A DNA stretch of 64,000 nt from Nemertoderma westbladi (lineage: Eukaryota; Animalia; Xenacoelomorpha). Of the stretch, positions 13,701 through 25,068 are shown in pieces; position 1 is the first letter of the stretch; each line of letters begins with the position of its first letter. The DNA lies in the NCBI GenBank assembly GCA_032718475.1, contig JAUCBJ010001884.1, forward strand, positions 1 through 64,000, read 5' to 3'. A model generated the notes under the pieces. It did not search any database and was not told where the DNA came from. It worked only from the letters and a program-made list of their open reading frames with translations. Position numbers and translations under genes: made by a program.

Positions 13701-14062
13701 AGTTGTTTTTCTCGAACACTGAACCCAACACTGTTTTCCGGTTGTTTGTCTCGAGAACATTGAACCCGAAGTTGTTTTCCGGTTGTTTTTCTCGAGAACA
13801 TTGAACCCAACTTTGTTTTCCAGTTGTTTTTCTCGAACACTGAACCCAACGCTGTTTTCCTGTTGTAATTAATTACTCAAGAACATTGAACCCAACGTTG
13901 TTTTTCTCAAGAACATTGAACCCAACACTGTTTTTCTGTTGTTTATTACATGAGAACATTGAACCCAAAGATGTTTTTCTCAAGAACATTGAACCCAACG
14001 CTGTTTTCCTGTTGTAATTACTCAAGAACATTGAACCCAACGTTGTTTTTCTCAAGAACATT
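7735..14062. repeat. 6.3-kb satellite of ~41-bp monomers (GAGAACATTGAACCCGAAGTTGTTTTCCGGTTGTTTTTCTC) plus 39- and 27-bp variants, organised in higher-order repeats
   Basis: Read directly; the ORF track repeats at 345-bp offsets (7814/8159/8504) and 884-bp offsets (9095/9979, 9458/10342, 9797/10681). Confidence 0.97.
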
Positions 14063-14907
14063 TCCACTTTTCCATTTTCCCAACGTTATTTTCATGTTGT
14101 TATTGCCTTCGAATATTTTGCCATAATTTTAAGTGCTTTATATTTTCTAGTTTTCCTTACTCAGGGGAATTTCCTATTTAATTAGAAAAATAACTAATTT
14201 AATTCTTAAGTTGTTACATTTTTGTCCGAATATACAAAAACAGGAGAAATATGAGTTTGTAGGAGCTTTTCTTCCATATGGAAAACAGCAAGGACATGAT
14301 ACAATACGAAATCGGATTTTCGTATTTCGTATTGCATTTTTTTTTCATTTATGGAGGTATTTTCTTACACTCGAGGCCTTTACTACAATTACTACAACAA
14401 TCTAGAACAGTTTGGTTTTATGTGTAACTACGCTTGACTATTATTGCATGAGATTATAACATAACGTGTACCATTTGTTGCCATATTGTTTCGTCAGTAG
14501 TTTCGTTTGATATTTTCTGAATATATTTGTTTCGATATTTTTTTTATGTAGCTTAACTTTAGCTATAATGTTATGTTATTCTATAGCGTTAAGATTGTTA
14601 TACTACATTAGTCCATGAATTAGTATATATTGATATTTGATATGGTGCCGTTTACATTTGTACTGTTTATTGTTTTCATTATACGTAATAGAGGTAGGCT
14701 ACTCCTACTGTAGAGGGTGTCATATAGTCAATTGGGGTGAGGGTGGAGTGACAAATCCCTTTATTCTACAAAGATGCCTTTTTTACCAACGCATTCATCA
14801 CCGACGTTTGGGGAATAAAGATTGGATTTTATTTCTACAAAATCAAAGTGGCAAAGGGAATCGATCCAAATAACAGCTGATTAAACTCAAAAATGAAACT
14901 GTATAGC

Positions 14908-15137
14908 ATATGTTCCATTGATTCCATATGTTCCATTGATTCCATATGTTCCATTGATTCCATATGTTCCATTGATTCCATATGTTCCATTGATTCCATA
15001 TGTTCCATTGATTCCATATGTTCTATTGATTCCATATGTTCCATTGATTCCATATGTTCCATTGATTCCATATGTTCCATTGATTCCATATGTTCCATTG
15101 ATTCCATATGTTCCATTGATTCCATATGTTCCATTGA
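14908..15137. repeat. 18-bp tandem repeat (CATATGTTCCATTGATTC)n, about 13 copies
   Basis: Read directly; explains the MEHMES ORFs. Confidence 0.95.
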
Positions 15138-17120
15138 TAATTTAACATTTAACATATAAATGTGATTTGCGCCAAGTCCATGACTGCAATAAATTATTGA
15201 ATGCGTGATGTCGACGCTGTGATACTATCGGTGTAATAATGGTTTATTGCGAGCAACAGGGGGTGGAAAAAGAAATAGGGCCAAGGTGAAAAAGTAATAA
15301 TGGGAAGGTTTAAGGTAATAAAGAGAAATTAATAAAAGGCAATTTTATGGAATATAATTATGCACTTCAAGAAAAAAAACATCTCGGGGTCATAGGGAAA
15401 AAATATTTCTTGTTTTATACGATACGAAATTTCTTTTGTATAAATTTTTAGTAAATTTAAAACTGTCAAATATTGTATGAAGGCCCACATAACTTCTAAC
15501 CCATGCTCGCGTAAAAATTAAAGAAATTATGCAGCACCTATTCTAAATCTTTGAGGAAAAATATTTTTTGTATATTTATGGTAAAAAATAATGTAGGCCT
15601 ATTATTTTATAAACGACTGTACTGATGAGTTTACGGAAGAATCAAACACCATAAACTAATATAAAAACCCGTGAAAGTCACAATAACCTAATGGTTTACA
15701 TAAAAACACAAGAAAACGGTGTTTGTTCTTATTTTCACCCTAAATGTTAAATTCAGAGAATTCGTCAATAATTTGTCTCATATCACTGCTGTGCATTATG
15801 GCATTGCCTTAATAATATTACTATGTATAATTATTATCTAGTATAGGCCTACTGTTGCACCAATTATTGTATGTAACTTCAATTTTGTGCTTGTAATGGT
15901 AGCAAGTTATATTGTTTATATTTGGAAATATAACATAATGAATAGGCAGTCTACAATGTATTTATTTATTTATTATAAAATTGTATTACGTTTGATTTTT
16001 TAGAATTTTATCAGGTCACGAAATGAAAAATAGTCTTACAGATCTCAGCCCCATCAGGATTCTGAGAGTAGTGGCCGTGACCCATTATCATTATTCTGTA
16101 CAATACATGTACATCTAGGATGCTCCCCCCCCCCCCCCCCCCCCCCCAAACCCGCATTTCTACGCTCGACATACTCAAAGCGCTTTTATTATTATTACCC
16201 CAGCAAAGCCAGGTTCCCATTATACCACTGGGTTGGCGTCTGAAGGCCTAATGTCTAAAGTGTCTTGCACAACAGTGCAAAATTTATACAGCCTTAGTCG
16301 GATTCGTTGTTTCTGACATTGAACCTTAACCTTGTTGGTTGGTTGGATTTTCCTCCCATGTGGGCTGATTGCCCGGTGCCATTGGCGGCATTGTTGGCGT
16401 CAACCTGCTGATTGATATGCTCCTGTCGGAATCAGAGTAGGCCTTCTGCCTCAAGAGGGTCCGAGTTGTAGCCTTAACAGCTACACATTCGGCCGCCTTA
16501 CCGTTGTGTTTTAGAGTAGGAACTCAGTCTGTGCCTCAATGAGGGCACCTCGGTATAAAGGTAGGCCTACTGTTTCCGCAGCTACTGTACTACCTAAACT
16601 GCCTGTAAAGGCAGTATAGCCCTCTTAGTGAGTGACCTGTATTTCTTAAGGAACAGAGTTCCAGATTACAGTCGGCCTAATGTATCTTGAACTTAGACTA
16701 CCGGTCGAATTTACACAATTACTGTATAAGCAAATGCAATGCAACGGCAGCCATCGCGCTGCTACGTCATTGGAGGTCTTTGGCCTTGATTCTGATTTAA
16801 GGAACATTGAAACAATTTCTAATATAACAATAATTTAAAAATATTCCAAAGGATGTTTTTCTGAACTAGTTGTTGGTGTAATAATAGGCCCTGCCCTACA
16901 AGAACAAAACTAAGTCTGGGACACTACCACAACACCGCCTTGTAAATCCAATCGCTGTCCATCCACAAAGTCAAGCAAGCTCCATCCACCGCCCTGTCAA
17001 TCACATCGCGGCTTGGCCATTAACAAAAGCCAGTTCTCGGCGGGAATCTGAGTTCAAAGGCATGCCGCAGAAGAGCGATGTAAACTGTTACCTTGAAATA
17101 ATTTCAATGTCATTTCAATA

Positions 17121-17506
17121 GGGGCCGTCCGAGTATGACGTCAGCACTTTAGGGGGGGGGGGGGGGGGGGGGGGGGGTTGGGAAAATCTGATGACGTGCT
17201 GATGAGGGGAGGGGAGGGGGTCAGCCAAAATCTGACGTCAGCATGTTCATTTATAGGTGCTAGAAGAGATATAGCAGAAGAGTAAATAGCTTAAATATTT
17301 TAATTGTTCGAAGTCCCCGAAGGCCCGTAGCACGACCTTCTGTTTCAGTTACCAGTCACCATGTTTCAGTGATTAGGACGCGAAATTTTTTTTATTCTGA
17401 TTTAGGGGAGGGGGGGAGTCTACGCCTATCTAATGACATCTGATTTAGGGGAGGGAGGGGGTCAACATTTTGGGGAAAAGTGCAGACGTCATACTTGGAC
17501 GGCCCC
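17121..17506. mobile_element. 386-bp MITE with ~29-bp terminal inverted repeats (PIF/Harbinger-like ends)
   Basis: Left end GGGGCCGTCCGAGTATGACGTCAGCACTT; right end reverse-complements to GGGGCCGTCCAAGTATGACGTCTGCACTT. The TSD is not clean. Confidence 0.8.
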
Positions 17507-17614
17507 TGAGACAGAAAGTCTGGAATTTCGGTCTATCGATTTCAAGGTCATTTCAATATGCCATCAATGTCATTTCAATGTCAATGCTACTTTCAATGAT
17601 ATTCTATGGGCACA

Positions 17615-17702
17615 TTTCGATCAAACTTTGATCAATGTTTGATCAAAATTTGATCAATGTTTGATCAAAGTTTGATCAATGTTTGATCAATGTTTGATCA
17701 AA
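17615..17702. repeat. 11-bp tandem repeat (TTTGATCAATG)n
   Basis: Read directly. Confidence 0.85.
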
Positions 17703-18241
17703 GGAATGCCTTTTGAGAGCAGGACTGTATCATATAAAACCATTTTTCCAGGTCTGTTAAATATTAATACAGTAATATAAAACCACGTTTCTCAAGTCGA
17801 GTAAAAATCATATAAAACCATAAATCATATATTATTATTATTATCCTATATATTACTGCATACAGTTACCCTATCTGCTGAAGGAGATTATGAAATCAAG
17901 ACCGGTATACCGGTACCCCATTGCCATAGAGCTCAGCCAGGCCATGGCCCAGCCAAATAACTGAACATGCACATGCAGACATGGCAGCATGGTGCCAGTA
18001 CACAGTGGTAGGCACATTTGTCTAACCGGTTCCTAACCAGTCTGCAAATGGCAAAGTGACAACAGAAAATCGGTTTTGTATGATTTTTAATCAACTGATA
18101 AAAGTGGTGTTATATGATTTTTCCACGTCTAAGAAAAGTGGTTTTAAATGATTTTATGACTAAGAAAATTGGTTTTATTTGGCCTGATTCAGCCACCGTA
18201 ATTAGGCCTACATTAATGTTGATTAGTATGACTACATAACA

Positions 18242-19363
18242 ATGGCTGCGTCTAAATCCAAACCAACAGGAGACATAATATTGTACGACCTCCAACACTT
18301 CGGTGATGGGAGCAAGTTACTGTATGCCAGTTCCGATGGCATTTTTCTCTGTGATACAAAGAACCTTGGTATAATCGGGCATTACAAAGACGAAAACAGG
18401 AGGGGAATAAACCGTACCGCGATTTCGTGCGACTCCAATAGAATTGTGGGAACTGTGGTTAGTCGGGAAGGTGGAGTTAATGTTTGGGATGTCGAGAGCC
18501 GAGAACTCTTGTTCCATATCCCGCATAATGAACTCAGAATAAACTGGTCGGATACCGGAGATACACGCCGTTACTCCATCACTTTCTCCCCATCAGATCC
18601 AGACGTGTTCTCGACTGCCTGCTGGGATGGAACAGTATCAGTAATTACAATAACATCTACTGGTAACTCATCAGGTAATTCATTTACTCATAAAACTTGG
18701 GCCGCCCATAGAGACTATAAATGTGACTATCACTGGGTATGGTGCATTACATTTAATACGGTAGGTACCGAGTTAGTTAGCTGTGCTGATAATGGAACCG
18801 CTAAGTGGTGGGACCTTAAAGGGAACCTCATAACCGGTCTTATAAAAGGGGAGAATGAAATCTATTCGGTAGCGTTTAATACAGATGGTACAAAACTTGT
18901 AATAGTAGGTGCCGAGTTCACTAAATGTATTTCCTTTATAACAGGTGAGGAATTATGGAAAAATAGTGAAGGAGGGTCGGAGGTTAAATGTGAACCTCAT
19001 GGTGGGAGGGTTGCTGTGCTAGACTGGTTATCGGGTCCATCTCTTATAAGGATATTAGATGGAGAGGATGGGAGTGTACTAAAGGAATGTGTGGGTCCCC
19101 CAGAAGAGGAAGGCAACTGGTTCCAGTCTATTAACTTTCACCCAGAAGGAAGCTATTTAATGGTTGGCTATTCTATGGGAACTATTATTAAATTTTATAT
19201 AAACCAAAACGAGAGCATTGAACATTTCAGTGTGCGAGAAGTTAATGAGAAAATAAAAGGAGCAAAAAAATGGGAGGAAATAGGGGAATACATTGGGAAG
19301 GTGGGCCCGTTAAGTGAAGAGATACAGACGATAGTTAAGGGAATTATTGATGAAACAGTTTAA
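18242..19363 (+). CDS. WD40-repeat beta-propeller protein, 373 aa, single exon
   Basis: WD40 blades GVNVWDVE, FSTACWDGTV, VWCITFNTVGTELVSCADNGTAKWWD, IYSVAFNTDG and SINFHPEGSYLMVG. Confidence 0.85.
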   Translation: MAASKSKPTGDIILYDLQHFGDGSKLLYASSDGIFLCDTKNLGIIGHYKDENRRGINRTAISCDSNRIVGTVVSREGGVNVWDVESRELLFHIPHNELRINWSDTGDTRRYSITFSPSDPDVFSTACWDGTVSVITITSTGNSSGNSFTHKTWAAHRDYKCDYHWVWCITFNTVGTELVSCADNGTAKWWDLKGNLITGLIKGENEIYSVAFNTDGTKLVIVGAEFTKCISFITGEELWKNSEGGSEVKCEPHGGRVAVLDWLSGPSLIRILDGEDGSVLKECVGPPEEEGNWFQSINFHPEGSYLMVGYSMGTIIKFYINQNESIEHFSVREVNEKIKGAKKWEEIGEYIGKVGPLSEEIQTIVKGIIDETV

Positions 19364-19380
19364 CACACTTACTATACTAT

Positions 19381-19495
19381 ACTATACCGGTACTGTAATG
19401 AATATACCGGTCTGTATTGAATATACCGGACTGTAATGAATATACCGGTCTGTATTGAATATACCGGTACTGTAATTGAATATACCGGTACTGGA
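19381..19495. repeat. ~19-21-bp tandem repeat (GAATATACCGGTACTGTAAT-like) in the WD40 3' region
   Basis: Read directly. Confidence 0.8.
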
Positions 19496-19721
19496 TTGTA
19501 GTTTTTGAATCATTGAATTTATTGTATTAAATTACGTCGTTTTTAATGATTAATTTATTAAATAGATGAAAATATTGTTTATTAAATAATTAACTTTGGT
19601 GTGGAAAGATAATATTCATCAGTTATAGTTCAGTACATTATAAATTAATAATAAATTGTTGTTGCTAATTTACATGTTTATAAATTGAAATAGAACCAAG
19701 ACTTACCATTTGGTGGACAAT

Positions 19722-20390
19722 ACTACTACAACTAGGATCGGCATGCTGCATTGCAGCTGCATTTTTAAGAATGCTGTGCCGGCTTGTCGACAAAATTGCG
19801 CCGCCACAACTCCCTATCACCCATGACATTTGCTAGATCATCCGCATCTTCAAGGCCAGTGTCCTTTGAGATGCGACTCAAGAAAGTCATGGGCTGCCCA
19901 CCACGCTTATTTTCTCCATATAAGAATACAAGATTATGCACTGGCTGGTCCTCACGGCGAAAACAATGTCCTGCAAAGCGGAGGCGATTTTGTTCTAGTG
20001 TCAAGCTTGGGGGAACCAATGAGACACCTCCAATGTTATATAGTGTCTGATTGGAGATGTGTGCATTGTACTTGACACAATGAACCCGGCGTAGAATTCT
20101 TGTGAATGTGCCATCCAGAGATTTGGTGTCCTCAGCAGTTAGAGCCCAGCATGGACTTAAATAGAGGAGTACTGGAACTACTGCTGCTCGAAATAATCGG
20201 ACCTTAAGTTTCCGATTAATTCTCGGTGACTTCCAAATCCTGGAAAGCCTATTCAAGGCTGCCCATGCCTTTCCCTTACGTATTCGAAGGTCCTCACCTG
20301 ACTTCCGGATCCATGATCCCGGGTAACAGAAGTCGTCCACATGCTCAAGCATACCATCCTTTGAGCTTATGCTCATCTTGGTGGACAATA
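19722..20390 (-). mobile_element. 5'-truncated RTE-like non-LTR retrotransposon: C-terminus of ORF2, short 3'UTR and (TAG)n tail
   Basis: VDDFCY.GSWI..RKGKAWAALNRL..IWKS..KVRLFRA.V..VLLY..W.LT..LDGTFTRILR..RLRFAGHCFR are typical post-RT motifs; the minus strand ends in gatcctagttgtagtagta. Confidence 0.85.
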
Positions 20391-21539
20391 GATAGGTTTT
20401 ACCTGTGCACTGTGCAAGTTTACTACACTTTTTGAGAAAACTAAATTATTTTGTGATATCTGTGTTGTGTGGGATAAGTATGGAACACCAATAGCGCCAT
20501 AATGTTACTAACAACTAGTTGGTAGCTACTGTTTTGTTATTGGTCAGTTGATATTAGCCAATAAGAAAAAAGCAACTACCATCTATTTAGCCAATAGGAA
20601 AAAGTACATACCATGTAGGCCGAGATGGTAGCTACTATTCCCTTATTGGCTAATTACAGTAGGTGGTTAGATTTAGACGGAATTTTTCATAATTTAATTT
20701 TATAATTAAATAACGCCGTTCTATTTAGTATTTTTCATTCGAGAGGCATAATAAGATAATCATTAGCCAATAGGAAATTTTTTTTCTATTTGCTATGTTA
20801 GCGCTTTTAGTAAATTATGTTCATTCAATCTCAATTTTGTGTAATTTCGAGCTTATAATAATTGGAGCTGAGAATTCATGCATTTATGACTTATAAACTG
20901 CTAGTTTAAAAGTTGTACAGTATATAAGTTGTAAATTATATGCAAACATAATACGGCTTTAAAAGTGATAGAATACTGCCCTAAGACAGTATTATTTTTC
21001 AATTATTTCTTCAAATTCGGAATCTTCAGGAAATTTTACCCTAGAAATGATGAAAAATACCATGCTTTCCGCAAATTTCATATTTACCCATTATGTCACA
21101 TGTAGCGTGGAATTGCCCTGCAGTTTAATTTAAAGAATTAGCAAAATAGCAAAGATTCAGTAAGATACCTTGCCACACACAATGATTGGATAAAAATAAA
21201 ATCAGCTGAAGAGAGTAAGCATGTATTGACTTAATGCAATGTAGTGTTATTACTATTTGTTCTGAAATGGCTCCTTCCATCTACCAATAGCCGTGTAGAT
21301 GATTCACATTGGTAGCCAATAGGAACCGGGATTGAAATCTTTTGTTATCATCTCTCACTTGAGTGTGGTTAATGGGTCAGCAGTGTGGTTAATTACTGTA
21401 TAATATAATATTGCTCAATTAACATATTTTTTTACAATTATTATTAAGAAACTAAAATATTAATTCATTAACAGCATATTTGATTTGTCAGTTATTATTA
21501 AGTAAATAAATTATGTGGAATCAGTGTAAATTGGTACAC

Positions 21540-22050
21540 ACTGACAGACCCACCGACAGTCTGACCAACCGACCGACCAACAGATTGACCGACAGACTGA
21601 CCAATCGACCGACAGACTGAGCGACTGACTGACCAACCGACTGACCCACTGACAGACTGACCAACCGACAGACATACTGACCAACCGACCGAGAGACTGA
21701 CCGACAGACTGACCAACCGACCGACAGACTGACCGACAGACTAACCAACTGACTTACCGATCCATCAACTGACCGACCGACCGACAGACTGAATGACAGA
21801 CTGACCAACCAGACCAACAGACTGACCGGCAGACTGAATGACAATTTGACCAACCGACCGACAGACTCACACACAGACTGACCAACTGACCTACCAACCA
21901 ACAAACAAACTGACCGACAGATTGAATGACAGACAGACCAACCGACTGACAGACTGACCGACAGACTAACCAACTGACCTGCCGACCAATCAACCGACCG
22001 ACAGACTGAACGACCGACTGACCAACTAACCCACCGACAGACTGACCCAC
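21540..22050. repeat. Degenerate tetranucleotide microsatellite (CAGA/CTGA/CCGA/CCAA)n
   Basis: Read directly; explains the SVGRSV ORFs. Confidence 0.9.
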
Positions 22051-23214
22051 CTATATACTGTATAACTTATTACTAATTGAAATAAACTGATTTCGTTATG
22101 GATATAATAGACTGAAATTTTGCCCCATTAATTGATTTATATAAACTAAGACTATTTTTATTCGGAATTAAATGGTGTTTAAACACAATTAATTTTTTGG
22201 TTAATTTTATTACTTCAATAAAGTATTTGAACTTACAAATTATGTATTTCCTGTGTCTTGTCCGTGTCTGGTATCCGTAATTCTTCCTTCACCGTTTTCC
22301 AGTATTTCATAGATGGGTTGGCTGATTTTATGATAAAGAGTAAAATTTTGCAGAGTAATTAATCACGTCCATTCTGTTGAACTTTGTACAGTATGAGGTT
22401 GACATAATTTTGACTCTTCTCGCTGAAACTCTTCCACGAATAATGATGGATTGAAATAATTCTTCCACATATTTGCTACTGCAAATGTTGCTTATGATAT
22501 AAATATCATTCTCCACCGCCAATTGTCATCCTACAGTAAACTGTGCCCACATATCCCAGAGCACAACAGAACCCTTGCCCTTGGATTATATTTACAAGCC
22601 CTGCCCAGCTGACTGATCAATGCCCGTTCAGAAAATATACTGTACTTTATTTGATTTTTTTATTATAATTTTAGCTTTTGCCAACAATTCCATCGACTGT
22701 AAATCCTATAGACGTATTTTGTATTTAATTTTATTTATTAATGTTTGTGTGTAATTAAATTTTATCAATTATAAAGTCATGTAAGACTATCACCGAATAA
22801 CATCAGAGATCACAGATAGGCCTAAGTTAAAAGGTAAATAGAATTAAGTAATATCAGCGTTGGTGGGTGTTTTAAAGATGATTGTAGTTAGTAAAACATA
22901 AAATTATTAAAAGCATTTGTGCATTTGTTTACGTGATGAAATCGTAATTGACAAGTAAATAAACGACATACTGCACAACATATTAAATAAAACAATAAAT
23001 AACATTTAGTTTCGTAAGTTAAATTTCATTAGGAGTATTTTTTAATACTCATTACAGTCATCAGTAGCGAATCAACAAATTGTCAGCTCCATTATCAAGC
23101 CCATTTGCCACAAAGGTACAAATAATCGAGACACATCAATGAATTCGTACTTCGGTTGAGCGTTTAGATAATTGTCATTCCAATATATTTGTCAAGCCTA
23201 AAAAAAAATAATAC

Positions 23215-23945
23215 TGTTGTGATTAGACACTTGCGTTCTGTATATATTGTGGTAATTAGACATTAGTGAAGTCTTGTGGTAATTAGACACTCAGTATTAA
23301 CAACTACCGTACTGTATATTGTGGTAATTAGACACTTGCGTTCTGTATATTGTGGTAAATAGATGCCAATGTAAAATAATATTGTGGTAATTAGATGCAG
23401 TGTAGTCTTGTGGTAAATAGACACTTGCGTTCTTTATATTGTGGTAATTAGATGCCAATGTAAAATAATATTGTGGTAATTAGATGCAGTGTAGTCTTGT
23501 GGTAAATAGACACTTGAGTTCTGTATATTGTGGTAATTAGATGCCAATGTAAAATAATATTGTGGTAATTAGATGCAGTGTAGTCTTGTGGTAAATAGAC
23601 ACTTGAGTTCTGTATATTGTGGTAATTAGATGCCATTGTAAAATAATATTGTGGTAATTAGATGCAGTGTAGTCTTGTGGTAAATAGACACTTGCTTTCT
23701 ATATATTGTGGTAATTAGATGCCAATGTAAAATAAAAAATAATATTGTGGTAATTAGATGCAGTGTAGTCTTGTGGTAAATAGACACTTGAGCTCTGTAT
23801 ATTGTGGTAATTAGATACCAATGTAAAATAATATTGTGGTAATTAGATGCCTCTATCTAATTGTTGGGGTAGATTGCGGTAGATTGTGGTAGGTTGGGGT
23901 AGATTGTGGTAGGTTGGGGTAGGTTGGGGTAATTAGTAGGACCCC
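23215..23945. repeat. ~90-bp tandem repeat of three ~30-bp subunits sharing TTGTGGTAA(T/A)TAGA, followed by 10-bp GGTAGGTTGG repeats ending in GGGGTAATTAGTAGGACC (possible DNA-transposon end)
   Basis: Repeats are read directly; the terminus is inferred because no partner TIR was found. Confidence 0.8.
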
Positions 23946-24299
23946 AATAACATAGGGTATTTCATACTTATAGTCTTATTTTTGCAAAATGAAAATACCA
24001 CAGGTACGGATATGAACTATAACTGGCCTAATTGTAAGAAGAGTTTCACTTTTCAGTTTTCAATTTTCACTTTTTTCAAAATATTACATTTTGTTCATTT
24101 GAAGATTCCTTTAACTGTTTAATGACCTACTGCCACCGGTTTACCGGTAAGCCTACCCACCCAGACTGCCAGACAGCATACAAAATCAGATTTCTTAATT
24201 AATGGAAAGGAGCAGGTTACAGTTAGACAGTAGCAGGCTTTTCTAACCAAAACAATAAACGATAACCAAAGAACACATGTTACAGTCGTATTTTTGAAG

Positions 24300-24342
24300 T
24301 AAAACGCCTGTCCTTATCTGATCTGATCTGACGGCATCTGAT
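24300..24342. repeat. Short dispersed repeat with an inverted copy at ~60964-61004
   Basis: aaaacgcctgtccttatctgatctgatctgacggcatctg versus the reverse complement aaaacgtctgtccttatctgatctgatctgacggtatctg. Confidence 0.7.
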
Positions 24343-25002
24343 CCTATAACCAATCAGGAGAAAGAGATATAGGTAAATAGGCAATAGGGCTGATCAGGTT
24401 GCCATGTTACGTATCAGTATCATCATATGACAGAGCAGTAGGCAGGTAGGCCTTCAGGCATACCGGTATGCAGCCAATGCAGCAAAGGCATACAGGCAAA
24501 GGCATACATAATGCGATATACAGTAGGCCTACGATGAAGGATGGCGGGTATGAAATGAGATGTCTTACATTTTATATGGCTTATGTACAATGTTAATAAA
24601 AAACTTCAACTTCAACTTCAAAGTTCTGTGATTGCGCCAGCAAACATGGATAGTTTCAGATGTAAACAACTTTCGCAGATGTAGTCGGTGTTGAAACATT
24701 AATCATTTTATTAAAAACAATACAGCCTTTCTGCCTTTGCTGCAATATTTTAGTAATCTTTCTTGTTAATAGTTTATTAATAGGCCTAGTTAAAGTTAAT
24801 TATTTTATTTATAATATTATTACATTTAAAATATTTATTGTTTGTTTGTTACGCTATAAAGGGAAGGCAGGAAGGGGTACAGTACCAGAGTACTGCAGAA
24901 CTGTACCTCTGTACAGTACTGTTACTGCCGAATATGGCGAAACACTTTAACATTCCCCATATTGCCCTGATTGCCAGCTGATACAGTGGAGTTTATTATA
25001 CC

Positions 25003-25068
25003 CTACTACTACTACTACTAGGATCGGCATGCTGCATTGCAGCTGCATTTTTAAGAATGCTGTGCCGG
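25003..25068 (-). mobile_element. Extreme 3' stub (~65 bp) of the same RTE-like LINE, with (TAG)n tail
   Basis: Matches 19732-19782 (ctaggatcggcatgctgcattgcagctgcatttttaagaatgctgtgccgg). Confidence 0.85.

Noticed and set aside
7735-14062. CRISPR-like array or repeat-protein genes
   Set aside because: No unique spacers or cas genes; eukaryotic satellite whose ORFs are translations of the repeat.
14835-15159. MEHMES / CSIDSI ORFs
   Set aside because: An 18-bp repeat open in several frames; no coding evidence.
16190-16500. Possible interrupted SINE
   Set aside because: Only fragmentary motif resemblance; boundaries cannot be supported.
21498-22050. SVGRSV-rich ORFs
   Set aside because: Microsatellite translations.
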